Counted from the stretch's first letter, positions 52,408-63,325 are shown. The stretch: 64,000 bases of DNA from Anaeramoeba ignava BMAN (GCA_028826165.1 JAPDFW010000103.1:744001-808000); one strand, 5' to 3'. Translations and numbers: made by a program. Notes: generated by a model from the sequence alone, not told the origin.

Positions 52408-53139
52408 TCAATGGAATTTTTTCTTCAATTTTGCCAATTTAATGTTTTCAAAAAAAGGATGAAAATCAGAAGAATCCAAACCAAGAGAGCACCACAAATC
52501 CTGATTAAAAACAACATTACATTCTTGGGAAGGGGAAATTGAGTATCTAAGAAAATCCGGATCATTCCAAGGACCAAAAGGGGTTGAAGTATTAGAGCAA
52601 TTTTGGGAACCTGAATAAATTCTTTCCCAAAGAAAAACATAAGAATCAAAATCAGGTAAAGCAGAATTATTAGTGATTTTAGTCCAAGAAATCTTATCAG
52701 TGTATATTCCAACAAAAGTATTAGCATAAGCCCAAGTATCATCTAATAAAGTTGTGATAAATTGGATATTTTCAGAAAAATTTTGAGACCAATTATTTTG
52801 AGAATCAAAAGTGACATTGTAAAAAACAAAAGGAAGAAGTGAAGAATAAGGCATTAAAACATCAAGAATAGGTTTGATTTGATCCAAAACGGGAAGATTG
52901 ATTGATGGAGTTATGTAGATTCCAATAAACATCATTTCGCTTGAGTTTATTTGATCTAAATTGTAAGCTAAATTTGGATCAACTTTCCCATTTCCTCCGC
53001 CAATTATTATTGTTGAATTTGTGTAATTTGTTAAACAATTGAATTGAGTTTCATCTATTTTGTTTGATGTATCAATTGTTAAATGATAAAGAAATGCAAT
53101 TTGGATTTGAATTAATAAAATGAAAATGTATGAAAACAT
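52408..53139 (-). CDS. Secreted protist-type GH25 lysozyme-like protein, catalytic DxE motif apparently lost
   Basis: Signal peptide, then IDTS...FNCL, GKVDPN, IYITP, NWS-x-N...N-x-QFI, GIYT...W, LW...Y, FGPW-x-x-P...Y...C, following the Entamoeba/nematode lysozyme motif order. Confidence 0.72.
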   Translation of the reverse strand: MFSYIFILLIQIQIAFLYHLTIDTSNKIDETQFNCLTNYTNSTIIIGGGNGKVDPNLAYNLDQINSSEMMFIGIYITPSINLPVLDQIKPILDVLMPYSSLLPFVFYNVTFDSQNNWSQNFSENIQFITTLLDDTWAYANTFVGIYTDKISWTKITNNSALPDFDSYVFLWERIYSGSQNCSNTSTPFGPWNDPDFLRYSISPSQECNVVFNQDLWCSLGLDSSDFHPFFENIKLAKLKKKFH

Positions 53140-53299
53140 TTTTTGAAATTTTTAAAAAAAGAAAAATAAAATCTAAAAATGAAAATTTTAATTTAAATTT
53201 TAATTTGTTTTTTTTTGCTTTATTCTTTTTTTAAAAATTAAAATAAAACCAATTTAGGGGTCAAAATTTGAAATTAAATTTGAAATTAAATTTGAAATT

Positions 53300-53339
53300 T
53301 TTTTTTCATTTTTTTTCATTTTTTTTCTTTTATAAATAA
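53300..53339 (+). promoter_or_regulatory. Example of the recurrent T-tract-TCATTTTT initiator-like element preceding almost every gene
   Basis: Sense-strand TCATTTT found ~5-170 nt upstream of the start of more than 20 genes on both strands (see finding). Confidence 0.65.
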
Positions 53340-54686
53340 ATGTTATCTCTTTCTAAAATTAAACAAAAACATAAAATTGAACAAAGAAATCTTACTAAAC
53401 AAATAAATCAAATGAAAAAAAAAGTTTCTGGAAAACAAAAAAAAACAATTCAAAATCAAATTGAAGAAATGAAGTTAAATTTAGAGCAAAAACAAAAAAA
53501 AGAATTAGAAGAATTTTATTCAACAAATCCAGAAGAAAATGAAAATGAAAATGAAAATGAAATTGAAAATGAAAATGAAAATCAAAATGAAAATGAAAAT
53601 CAAAATCAAAATCAAAATGAAAATCAAAATCAAAATCAAATTGAAAATGAAAATCAAATTGAAAACCAAAATCAAAATCAAAATCAAAATGAAAATCAAA
53701 ATCAAAATCAAATTGAAAATGAAAATCAAATTGAAAATGAAAATGAAAATCAAAATCAAAATCAAAATCGAAATCAAAATCGAAATAAAAATAAAAATCA
53801 AAATCAAAATGAAAATCAAAATGAAAATCAAAATCAAAATCAAAATCAAAATCAAAATCAAAATCAAAATCAAAATCAAAATCAAAATCAAAATCAAAAT
53901 CAAAATCAAAATCAAAATCAAAATCAAAATCAAAATCAAAATCAAAATCAAAATCAAAATCAAAATCAAAATCGAAATCGAAATCGAAATCGAAATAAAA
54001 ATAAAAATCGAAATCAAAATCAAAATCAAAATAAAAATAAAAATCAAAATCAAATTCAAAATCAAAATGAAAATGAAAATGAAAATCAACATTCTTTATA
54101 TAATGAATATCAAATTAATACAAGAAAAAATAGAAAACAAAAAAAACAACAACAAAAAAAAGAAAAAGAAAAAAAAGAATTAGAAGAAAGATTAAAAAAC
54201 GCAAAAGAAACACGAGGAGAACAAGAAACAAAAGCACTTTTAAATATTTTAAAGAAAGAAGGGATGAAAATCAAACAAATAACACCAGATGGAGATTGTT
54301 TATTTTCATCAATATCAGATCAATTAAAATATTATAACATTTCACAAAAAACAGCAGAAAAATTGAGACAAGAAACATCAGTATTTATGGGTAAAAACCC
54401 TGATTTATTTATGCCATTTATGCTCAATTCAAAAAATGAACCAATGAATAAAGAAGATTTTGAAAAATATTTATTAAAATTGAAAAAAACTAAAATGTGG
54501 GGTGGTCAAATGGAAGTTAAAGCATTGGCTTTGCTTCTCCAATGTGAAATTATTGTTTTTCAAGCAGATTCTCCTCAACAAGTTTATTCTGTTGAGAATA
54601 GTAAAGCTACTTTAAGAACTGCTTATCATAAATATTTATTATCAGCAGGTGGTCATTATAATTCCATTATTCCTTTAAAGAATTAA
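53340..54686 (+). CDS. OTUD6B: OTUD6/Otu2-like deubiquitinase with an internal NQ tract
   Basis: N-terminal K(H)KIEQRNL coiled region; catalytic PDGDCLF, WGGQMEVKAL, GGHYNS. Confidence 0.88.
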   Translation: MLSLSKIKQKHKIEQRNLTKQINQMKKKVSGKQKKTIQNQIEEMKLNLEQKQKKELEEFYSTNPEENENENENEIENENENQNENENQNQNQNENQNQNQIENENQIENQNQNQNQNENQNQNQIENENQIENENENQNQNQNRNQNRNKNKNQNQNENQNENQNQNQNQNQNQNQNQNQNQNQNQNQNQNQNQNQNQNQNQNQNQNQNQNRNRNRNRNKNKNRNQNQNQNKNKNQNQIQNQNENENENQHSLYNEYQINTRKNRKQKKQQQKKEKEKKELEERLKNAKETRGEQETKALLNILKKEGMKIKQITPDGDCLFSSISDQLKYYNISQKTAEKLRQETSVFMGKNPDLFMPFMLNSKNEPMNKEDFEKYLLKLKKTKMWGGQMEVKALALLLQCEIIVFQADSPQQVYSVENSKATLRTAYHKYLLSAGGHYNSIIPLKN

Positions 54687-54699
54687 TTTTTCAATCAAA

Positions 54700-55795
54700 A
54701 TCAAATTTTAAATCAATTTTAAATCAATTTTATATCAATTTTAAATCAATTTTAAATCAATTTTAAATCAATTTTAAATCAATTTTAAATCAATTTTAAA
54801 TCAATTTTAAATCAATTTTAAATCAATTTTAAATCAATTTTAAATCAATTTTAAATCAATTTTAAATCAATTTTAAATCAATTTTAAATCAATTTTAAAT
54901 CAATTTTAAATCAATTTTAAATCAATTTTAAATCAATTTTTAAATCAATTTTAAATCAATTTTAAATCAATTTTAAATCAATTTTAAATCAATTTTTAAA
55001 TCAATTTTAAATCAATTTTAAATCAATTTTATATCAATTTTAAATCAATTTTAAATCAATTTTAAATCTTAAATTTTTAAATCAATTTTAAATCAATTTT
55101 AAATCAATTTTTTATATCAATTTTAAATCAATTTTAAATCAATTTTATATCAATTTTAAATCAATTTTAAATCAATTTTATATCAATTTTAAATCAATTT
55201 TATATCAATTTTAAATCAATTTTAAATCAATTTTAAATCAATTTTAAATCAATTTTAAATCAATTTTAAATCAATTTTAAATCAATTTTAAAATCAATTT
55301 TAAATCAATTTTAAATCAATTTTAAAATTTTTAAATCAATTTTAAATCAATTTCAAATCAATTTTATATCAATTTTTAAATCAATTTTAAATCAATTTTA
55401 AATCAATTTTAAATCAATTTTAAATCAATTTTAAATCAATTTTAAATCATCAATTTTATATCAATTTTAAATCAATTTTATATCAATTTTAAATCAATTT
55501 TATATCTATTTTATATCAATTTTAAATCAATTTTAAATCAATTTTATATCAATTTTAAATCAATTTTAAATCAATTTTATAATCAATTTTATATCAATTT
55601 TAAATCAATTTTAAATCAATTTTATCAATTTTAAATCAATTTTATATCAATTTTAAATCAATTTTAAATCAATTTTAAATCAATTTTAAATCAATTTTAA
55701 ATCAATTTTAAATCAATTTTAAATCAATTTTAAATCAATTTTAAATCTAAATTAAATCAATTTTAAATCAATTAAAATTTTAAATCAATTTTATA
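54700..55795. repeat. 11-bp minisatellite (TTTTAAATCAA)n
   Basis: Direct reading; roughly 95 copies. Confidence 0.93.
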
Positions 55796-55995
55796 ATTTT
55801 AAAATTTAAATCAAAAATCAATTTTATTATCTTTAATTAAAAAAAAATTTTATTATCTTTAAAAAAGCAAAAAAAATTTTTCTTATTAAATTTAAATAAA
55901 CAAAAAAGCAAAAAAAATTTTTTCATTTTTTTTTTCATTTTTTTTCAATTCTTTTTCATTTTTAATTTAATTTAATTTAAATTATTTTTTTTTAA

Positions 55996-58540
55996 ATGGC
56001 AAATTATTTTTGGGTCAAATCTGGTTATGATTATGATCCAACAGAAAAAGATGAAATAGCGATTAAAAAGGGTGATGTTATTTTAGTTAAAGCAGAACCA
56101 GAACCAGGATGGTATTATGGACTTTTAGATGGAGATACAGGGAAAGCTGGTCTTTTTCCTTCAAGTTATGTAACTATTTTAGAAACTGAAGAAAATAAAG
56201 AAAATTAAAGAAAATAAAGAAAATGAAGAAAATAAAGAAAATAAAGAAAATAAAGAAAATAAAGAAAATAAAGAAAATAAAGAAAATAAAGAAAATAAAG
56301 AAAATGTTCAAGAAAGAAGTAATAGAAGATCTATTGTGGAAAAAAGAAGAATGAATCTTCGAAAATCTGGGTAATTAAAAATTAAAAATTTAAAATTAAA
56401 AATAAAATTAAAATTAAAAATTAAAAATTAAAAAAATAAAATTAAAATTAAAAGAAAACAAAGTTCAGGAAAATGGAATCTTGATGAATTAGCAGTTCAA
56501 TTAAAACAAGAATTTAATGAAGATGTTGAAGAAACCAAAAATATTCCAAAACAAGAATTTGATTCAAATCAAAATCAAAATTAAAATCAAAATCAAAATC
56601 AAATTCAAAATCAAAATTTAAATAAAATTCAAAATAAAAATCAAATTCAAATTCAAAATCAAATTAATGATTTTAATTTCGATCATTCAAGAATATTAAA
56701 AGAAGGATACATTTCAAAAAGAAATTCTAAAACAAATAAATGGGAAAAAACATATTTAAAATTATTTCCTGAAACAATCGAATATTTTAAAACCAAAAAT
56801 GTATTTGTTTGTTTTTTAAAATATAAAATTCAAAAATTAAAAATTAAAAATATTTCAGTCAAAAAAATCAGAAGATTGGATCTTGCTTAATGAATCTTTA
56901 GCTGCAGGAATAACAAATGAAAAACTTGCTTTTTTAATTCAAACAACATCAAAACAATGGGAATTTAATCCAAATTCTATTGAAGAAAAAAATGAATGGT
57001 TACAAGAAATTATTAATCAAATATTATATTCTCAAGAACAAGTAAATTTATTATAAAAAAAAATAAGTGTTGAAATGATTTAATTCAAATATTTTTTTTT
57101 AGAAAGAAAAAAGACAAGTCATTTCTAAAGCTTTACATTCAATTCCAATTACTCATTCAGAAATTGAAACAAAACCTAAAAAAAAAAACAGAAAACAAAG
57201 AAGAGATAAAATCAAAAAAATTCTTTCTAATTTTTTCCAAACAAGACCTTCAAAGAATGTTTTAATTGATAAAAAAATATTAGCAGAAGGTAAAATTTTA
57301 AAAATGGAATATTTATAAATTTTGTGATTGAATTTCAAATTGAATTTTAATTTTATTTTTATTTTTGTTTTGAAGATTATCAAAATAATATTCCTGAAGG
57401 TGATCGTAAAATTTTACAAAAAAACCAGAAAAAAAATAAAGTTGATCCTAGTTTATTGAAAACAAGAATATTTGGAATTCCATTACAAGAAGTAATTGAG
57501 AAAGATGGAACTATTATTCCAAAAATTGTTCCGAAATGTTTAAAATATCTTGAAAAGCATCGTTAGTGAATTAATGAATTAATTAATTAATTATTTTTTG
57601 TGAATTAAATTATTTTTATTTTATATAATTTAATTGAAATAGTTCAAGAAGAAGGATTATTTAGAATATCTGGAAGAAAAGAAGAAATAGATCGTTATCG
57701 TAAAATTATTGATAGAGGTTGATTTTTTTTTAAAACAAAAATTTTCCAAAAAATTGAAATTGAAATTGAAAGGAAAAAAAATTTATATTCTTTTTTTTTT
57801 TTCACTTTTTTAAAAAAAAATAGGAAGAGAATATTCTTTTGATACTGAAAAAAATCCACATAATATTTCTGGTTTATTAAAACTTTTTTTTCAGAGAACT
57901 TGATGATACTTTTTTAACAGATGAATTATTTCATCAATTTATATCATCAGTTTGTAAATAATTTTAAATTTTAATTTTAAAATTCATTAATTTTAATTTT
58001 AATTTTAATTTAATTTTAATTTAATTTTAATTAATAGCGCTTCCTCTTTCTTCTTCTATTCCAAAAATTAGAGAACTTACTCTTCTTTTACCAAAATCAA
58101 ATTTTGAAACTTTAAAAATTTTAATGATTTTTCTTCAAAGAGTTGCAATTGAAGAAAATAAAATGACACCTAAAAATTTATCAATTATTTTTGGACCAAC
58201 AATTTGTAATGAAAAAAATCATACAGTTGATCCTTTTAAAATTTTAGGAGAGCAATCAAAATTAATTAGTTTAATGATAGAAAATGTAGAAGAAATTTTT
58301 CAAATTAAAAATGAAAATCAAATTAAAAATCAAAATCAAAATCAAGAAGAAAAAGTTTTATTTAAAGTAAAAGCAATATATGATTTAAAATCCGAAAATT
58401 CTGATTCTGATTTTCTTTCCTTTCATGTAGGAGATATTTTGAATGTTTATTCTGATAAAGAAGAAAATTGGTTTTATGGATCAAATTCAGATTCAAAACA
58501 AACTGGTTTTTTTCCAAAAAATTTTGTTGAAAAAATATAA
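55996..58540 (+). CDS. SH3-PH-RPEL-RhoGAP-SH3 protein; exons 55996-56370, 56455-56800, 56859-57041, 57103-57289, 57376-57561, 57643-57717, 57824-57953, 58038-58540 (frameshifts ~56205, ~57890; in-frame TAA 56582)
   Basis: SH3 (YDY...GWY...GLFPSSYV), PH (ILKEGYISKR...KWEKTY...EKNEWLQEI), RPSKNVLIDKKIL, GAP (IFGIPL...EEGLFRISG...NKMTPKNLSIIFGPTI), and a second SH3. Confidence 0.85.
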
Positions 58541-58653
58541 TCTCATAAAAAAAAATTTTCAAAATTCAAAAAAAATAATAAAAAAAAGATTATATTTTCA
58601 ATTTTCAATTTTCATTTTTTTCATTTTTTTCTTTTTTTAAAAAAAAATATAAA

Positions 58654-60031
58654 ATGGATTTAAAAAAATTTGATAGAAAAAAAAAGAAAATTCATCCAAA
58701 ACTTCTTTATATGAATATTGATACACTTCATTCACAAATAATTATTGGAACAGAAAAAGGAATAAAACTATTTGTAAAAAATTAAAAATTTAAAATAAGA
58801 ATTTATAAAAAAAAATTTGATTTTTTTTTTCATTTAAGGATATAAAACCATTTAGTAAAGTTTTTTCTGTCAAAGGCACAACTTTTTCGATTGTAGAATT
58901 AATGTATTCTTCTTTTCTCTCTTTAGTGGTATTATTTTAATAAAATGAAAAACCAAAAATTATTGAAGAAAATAAAAATCAAATGAAAAAAAATGAAAAA
59001 AATGAAAAAAATTCAATTCAAAAAAAAATGAAAAAAATTCAATTCAAAAAAAAATGGGAAAATTAACAAATTTGAAACAATAAAACGGAAATAAACAAAA
59101 CATAAAACAACACAAACAAAATGAAATTGTGTGGGAAAATCAAATAAAACGATAATGAAAATGGAAATAAAAGGGACAAGGAGATCCACCAACTATGTCA
59201 CCAAGAAGAGTATTTTTTTACAATTACAAAGAAGACAAAAATTACGAAGGAATTATGCTTGAAGAAGGGATCATTTCCCTGAAGCAGAATAAAGAGCGCT
59301 TTGTAGTTATAACTTCGAAGAAAATTCATATTTACGAGTTGCCCGATTTGAAGAAGTTGGAGACATTAGATTGCTCAAATGAAAAAGGGCTTTGTGATTT
59401 ATCCAGAGAAAAAAGCATACTAGCATATCCTAGTGTTGAAAATGCGGGCAATTTGGAGCTTTATGATACTCTAGCAAGAAAGCCGATGAAAACAATCAAA
59501 TGTCATAAATCGGCAATTTCTTCAATTGCTTTTAATTCACAAGGAACACTTCTTGCAACAACTTCTGAAAAGGGAACAATTATCAGAATTTTCGATATGA
59601 ATCATCTCGAAAAACGCAAATATAAGTTCCGAAGAGGAACAACAAATGCGAAAATTTACAATATGGCGTTCTCATCAAAAAGTCGGTTTTTATGTTTGAC
59701 TTCAAATAGACCGACTGTTCATATTTTCAAGATTCCAATCAATGAAAAAGCTGATAAATCCACTCTTGATTCCATTATTTCAAACACTTTTGATTTGGGT
59801 CGTTCTTTTGCTAGTATTTCTATTAATTCTAATTCTCCTCATCTTTGTGGATTTCTTTTTTCTAATTTTGAATCTTTGGATAATGATTTTTTGAATGATA
59901 AATTTGAAAAGGATGAAGAGAATTCTGTTGTTCTTCTTTCAGCTGAAGGCATTGTTTATATTTATACTTTTGATCCTAAGAAAGGAGGCAAATGCAAATT
60001 GGAATCTCAAAATATGTTATTTAAGAAATGA
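58654..60031 (+). CDS. ATG18: ATG18/WIPI PROPPIN beta-propeller; exons 58654-58773, 58839-58928, 59174-60031
   Basis: H-x-S-x-I...GTLLATTSEKGTIIRIF, FRRG lipid-binding motif, TVHIFKI, RSFA. Confidence 0.92.
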
Positions 60032-60129
60032 TTTTTTGAAATGAAATTTTTCATTTTTTTTTTTTTTCAATTCCAAATTTAAATGAATTTTCAAATCTTT
60101 TTTTAAATCTTTTTCAAATTATTTAAATT

Positions 60130-60385
60130 AATATTTTAATAATTAAATCAATTTTTAAATTAATATTTAAATTAATATTTAAATTAATATTTTAATTAAT
60201 ATTTAAATTAATATTTAAATCAATTTTTAAATTAATATTTTAATTAATATTTAAATTAATATTTAAATTAATATTTAAATTAATATTTTAATTAATATTT
60301 AAATTAATATTTAAATTAATAATTAAATTAATATTTTAATTTTTAAATTAATATTTAAATTAATATTTAAATCAATATTTTAATT
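60130..60385. repeat. 12-bp (TTAATATTTAAA)n tract between convergent genes
   Basis: Direct reading. Confidence 0.85.
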
Positions 60386-60473
60386 AATTTATTTCCTTTT
60401 GTTCTTATAATTCTTTTTATTTTCTTTTTGAAAAAAAAAATTTTGTTGTTGTTGAAATTTTGAATAAAAGTAA

Positions 60474-61829
60474 TTATTTCTTTTCTTGAGATTCATGATT
60501 CAAAATGATTTTTTCACAAACTTCATCCAAAGTATGATTATAAAGACCATAAAAAGAAGAAGCTTCAATTAATTCCTTTGCAATTTCATAATTGATATGA
60601 TCTGTTTTATCAGTATAAAGATATAATAAAAGTGCTCTAATTGATTCTGCACTTCTTCCACTAAAATCTGGAACTGAATTACTTGGATCAGAAACACTAG
60701 TAAACATTCCAAGATATAATTGACTTCTTGCAGCAAGAATAGCTTTATTATTTTCAATTTTAATATTAATTTTAATTTTAATTTTAATTTTAATTTTAAT
60801 TATAATTTTAATTTTAAATTTTAATATTAATTTTAATTTTAATTTTAATTTTAAATTTTAATTTTAATTTTAATTTTAATTTTAATTTTAATTTTAATTT
60901 TAATTTTAATTTTAATTTTAATTTTAATTTTAATTTTAATTTTAATTTTAATTTTAATTTTAATTTTAATTTTAATTTTAATTTTAATTTTAATTTTAAT
61001 TTTAATTAATTTTAATTTTAATTTTTAATTTTAATTTTAAATTATTTTAATTTTAATTTTAATTTTAATTTTTAATTTTAATTTTAATTTTTAATTTTAA
61101 ATTTAATTTATATTTAATTTTAATTTTAATTTTAATTTTAATTTTTAATTTTAATATTTAATTTTAATTTTAATTTTAATTTTAATTTTAATTTTAAATA
61201 TAATTTTAAATTAATTTTAATTTTAATTTTAATTTTAATTTTAAATTTAATTTTAAATATAATTTTAAATTTCAATTTTAATTTTAATTTTAATTTTAAT
61301 TTTAATTTTAATTTTAATTTTTAATTTTAATTTTAATTTTAATTTTAATTTTAATTTTAATTTTAATTTTAATTTTAATTTTAATATTAATTTTAATTTT
61401 AATTTTAATTTTAATTTGAATATAAAATTGAATTTTTGAATGTTAATTATAATTTTGAATATAAAATAATTAAAAAAAGAAAAACAAACCTTTATGACAA
61501 GGAATCTTTTCATCACCAACAATAATTTCGAAATCAGCACCTTCAGAAGTTTTATAAAGTCTTTCAAAATCATCAACCAAAGTACGATAAGTATCAACAG
61601 ATTTTCCTTCACAAAGATCAAGTAACTCTTGAAGTTCAAGTTTTTCACAAGCAGAAACAAGTGATTTTTTATCTTCTTCGTTGATTTTTGCAGGATCATA
61701 AAGTCCAGTATAAAGATAGTCTTTTAACGCTTGTAATGCCTTTTCTGTCATTAACATTGCTATATATGGCATTTGCTCCCATTTTTTACATCTTGCTCTT
61801 AATATTGATTTATGACAATTCAGAAACAT
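60474..61829 (-). CDS. Tandem-BTB protein; exons 61829-61490, 60742-60474, with an (AATTAA)n intron
   Basis: CHKSILRARC...LKDYLYTG and ADFEIIVGDEKIPCHK|AILAARSQLY...LLYLYTD. Confidence 0.85.
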
Positions 61830-61969
61830 TTTGAAATAAAAAAATGATTTTTTTTCTTTTTTTTTTCTTTTTTTTTCTTAATGATTATGTTTTTACAAAG
61901 TTGATTCATTTTTATTTTTAATTAAAATTAAATTAAATTCAAATCAAATTAAAATTCAAATTAAATTTA

Positions 61970-63285
61970 AATAATTAAAAATAAAAAAGTGGAATTAAAT
62001 CAAAATAAAGTGGAATTCAAATTAAATTAAAATTAAATTCTTTAAATAATTAAAAATAAAAAAGTGGAATTCAAATAAAAAAAAAGTGGAATTCAAATTA
62101 AATTAAAATTAAATTCAAATTAAAATTAAATTAAAATTCAAATTAAATTAAAATTAAATTAAATTCAAATCAAATTCAAATTCAAATTAAATTTTTAAAA
62201 TAATTAAAAATAAAAAAGTGGAATTAAATCAAAAAAAAGTGGAATTCAAATTAAATCCAAATTAAAATCAAATTAAATTCAAATTAAATTCAAATTAAAT
62301 TCAAATTCAATTCAAATTAAATTTTAAAATAATTAAAAATAAAAAGTGGAATTAAATCAAAAAAAAGTGGAATTCAAATTAAATTCAAATCAAATTAAAT
62401 TAAATTCAATTCAAATTAAATTCAAATTAATTTTTTAAAATAATCAAAAATAAAAAAGTGGAATTAAATCAAAAAAAAAGTGGAATTCAAATTAAATTCA
62501 AATCAAATTCAAATTTAAATTCTTAAATAATTAAAAATAAAAAAGTGGAATTAAATCAAAAAAAAAAGTGGAATTCAAATTAAATTAAAATTATATTCAA
62601 ATTAAATTTAAATTAAATTCTTTAAATAATTAAAAATAAAAAAGTGGAATTCAAATCAAAAAAAAGTGGAATTCAAATTAAATTCAAATCCAAATTAAAA
62701 TTTAAATTCTTAAATAATTAAAAATAAAAAAGTGGAATTAAATCAAAAAAAAAAGTGGAATTCAAATTAAATTAAATTAAAATTAAATTCAAATTAAATT
62801 AAAATTAAATTCAAATTAAATTCAAATTAAATTAAAATTAAATTCAAATTCAAATTAAATTAAATTCAAATTAAATTCAAATTAAATTCAAATCAAATTC
62901 AAATTAAATTCAAATTAAAATCAAATTAAAATTAAATTCAAATTCAAATTAAAATTCTTTAAATAATTAAAAATAAAAAAGTGGAATTCAAATCAAAAAA
63001 AAGTGGAATTCAAATTAAATTCAAATTAAAATTAAATTAAATTCAAATTAAATTCAAATTAAATTCAAATTAAAATTAAATTAAAATTCAAATTAAATTA
63101 AAATTAAATTAAATTCAAATCAAATTAAATTCAAATTAATTTTTTAAAATAATTAAAAATAAAAAAGTGGAATTCAAATCAAAAAAAAAGTGGAATTTAA
63201 ATTAAATTCAAATTAAATTCAAATTAAATTAAAATTAAATTAAATTAAAATTCAAATCAAATTAAAATTAAATTAAATTCGAATT
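61970..63285. repeat. Composite repeat: 10 copies of a ~50 bp core carrying two AAAGTGGAATT motifs, separated by variable AAATT(A/C) spacers
   Basis: Paired GTGGAA at ~61989/62010, 62064/62086, 62218/62239, 62346/62367, 62458/62480, 62544/62567, 62644/62665, 62732/62755, 62981/63003, 63167/63190. Confidence 0.9.
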
Positions 63286-63325
63286 TATTAAACTCATTTT
63301 CAAAGAAAAAAAAAAAAACAAATCC

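Noticed and set aside
21730-57895. Widespread programmed frameshifting (about a dozen frame breaks)
   Set aside because: Breaks sit in homopolymers or microsatellites, go in both directions, and include a compensating pair (48600/48620). This is typical of long-read consensus error; only the shared BTB-TLDc site is kept as a low-score finding.
58830-58845. ATATCCTT on the minus strand (U12-type 5' splice-site lookalike)
   Set aside because: It is the antisense of an ordinary ATG18 acceptor junction (TTAAG|GATAT); no minus-strand gene there.
1138-60031. Global stop-codon reassignment (TAA/TAG=Gln)
   Set aside because: Conserved proteins (coactosin, DCN1, ADA2, OTU, TLDc) end at TAA exactly at their expected C-termini.
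2373-61829. Functional cluster of ubiquitin/cullin genes (UBA, 4 BTB, DCN1, OTU, UIM)
   Set aside because: Interspersed with unrelated housekeeping genes, and BTB genes appear to be an expanded family; no evidence of co-regulation without genome-wide density data.
61970-63285. CRISPR-like repeat-spacer layout
   Set aside because: Spacers are low-complexity AAATT(A/C) runs of variable length, there are no cas genes, and the context is eukaryotic.
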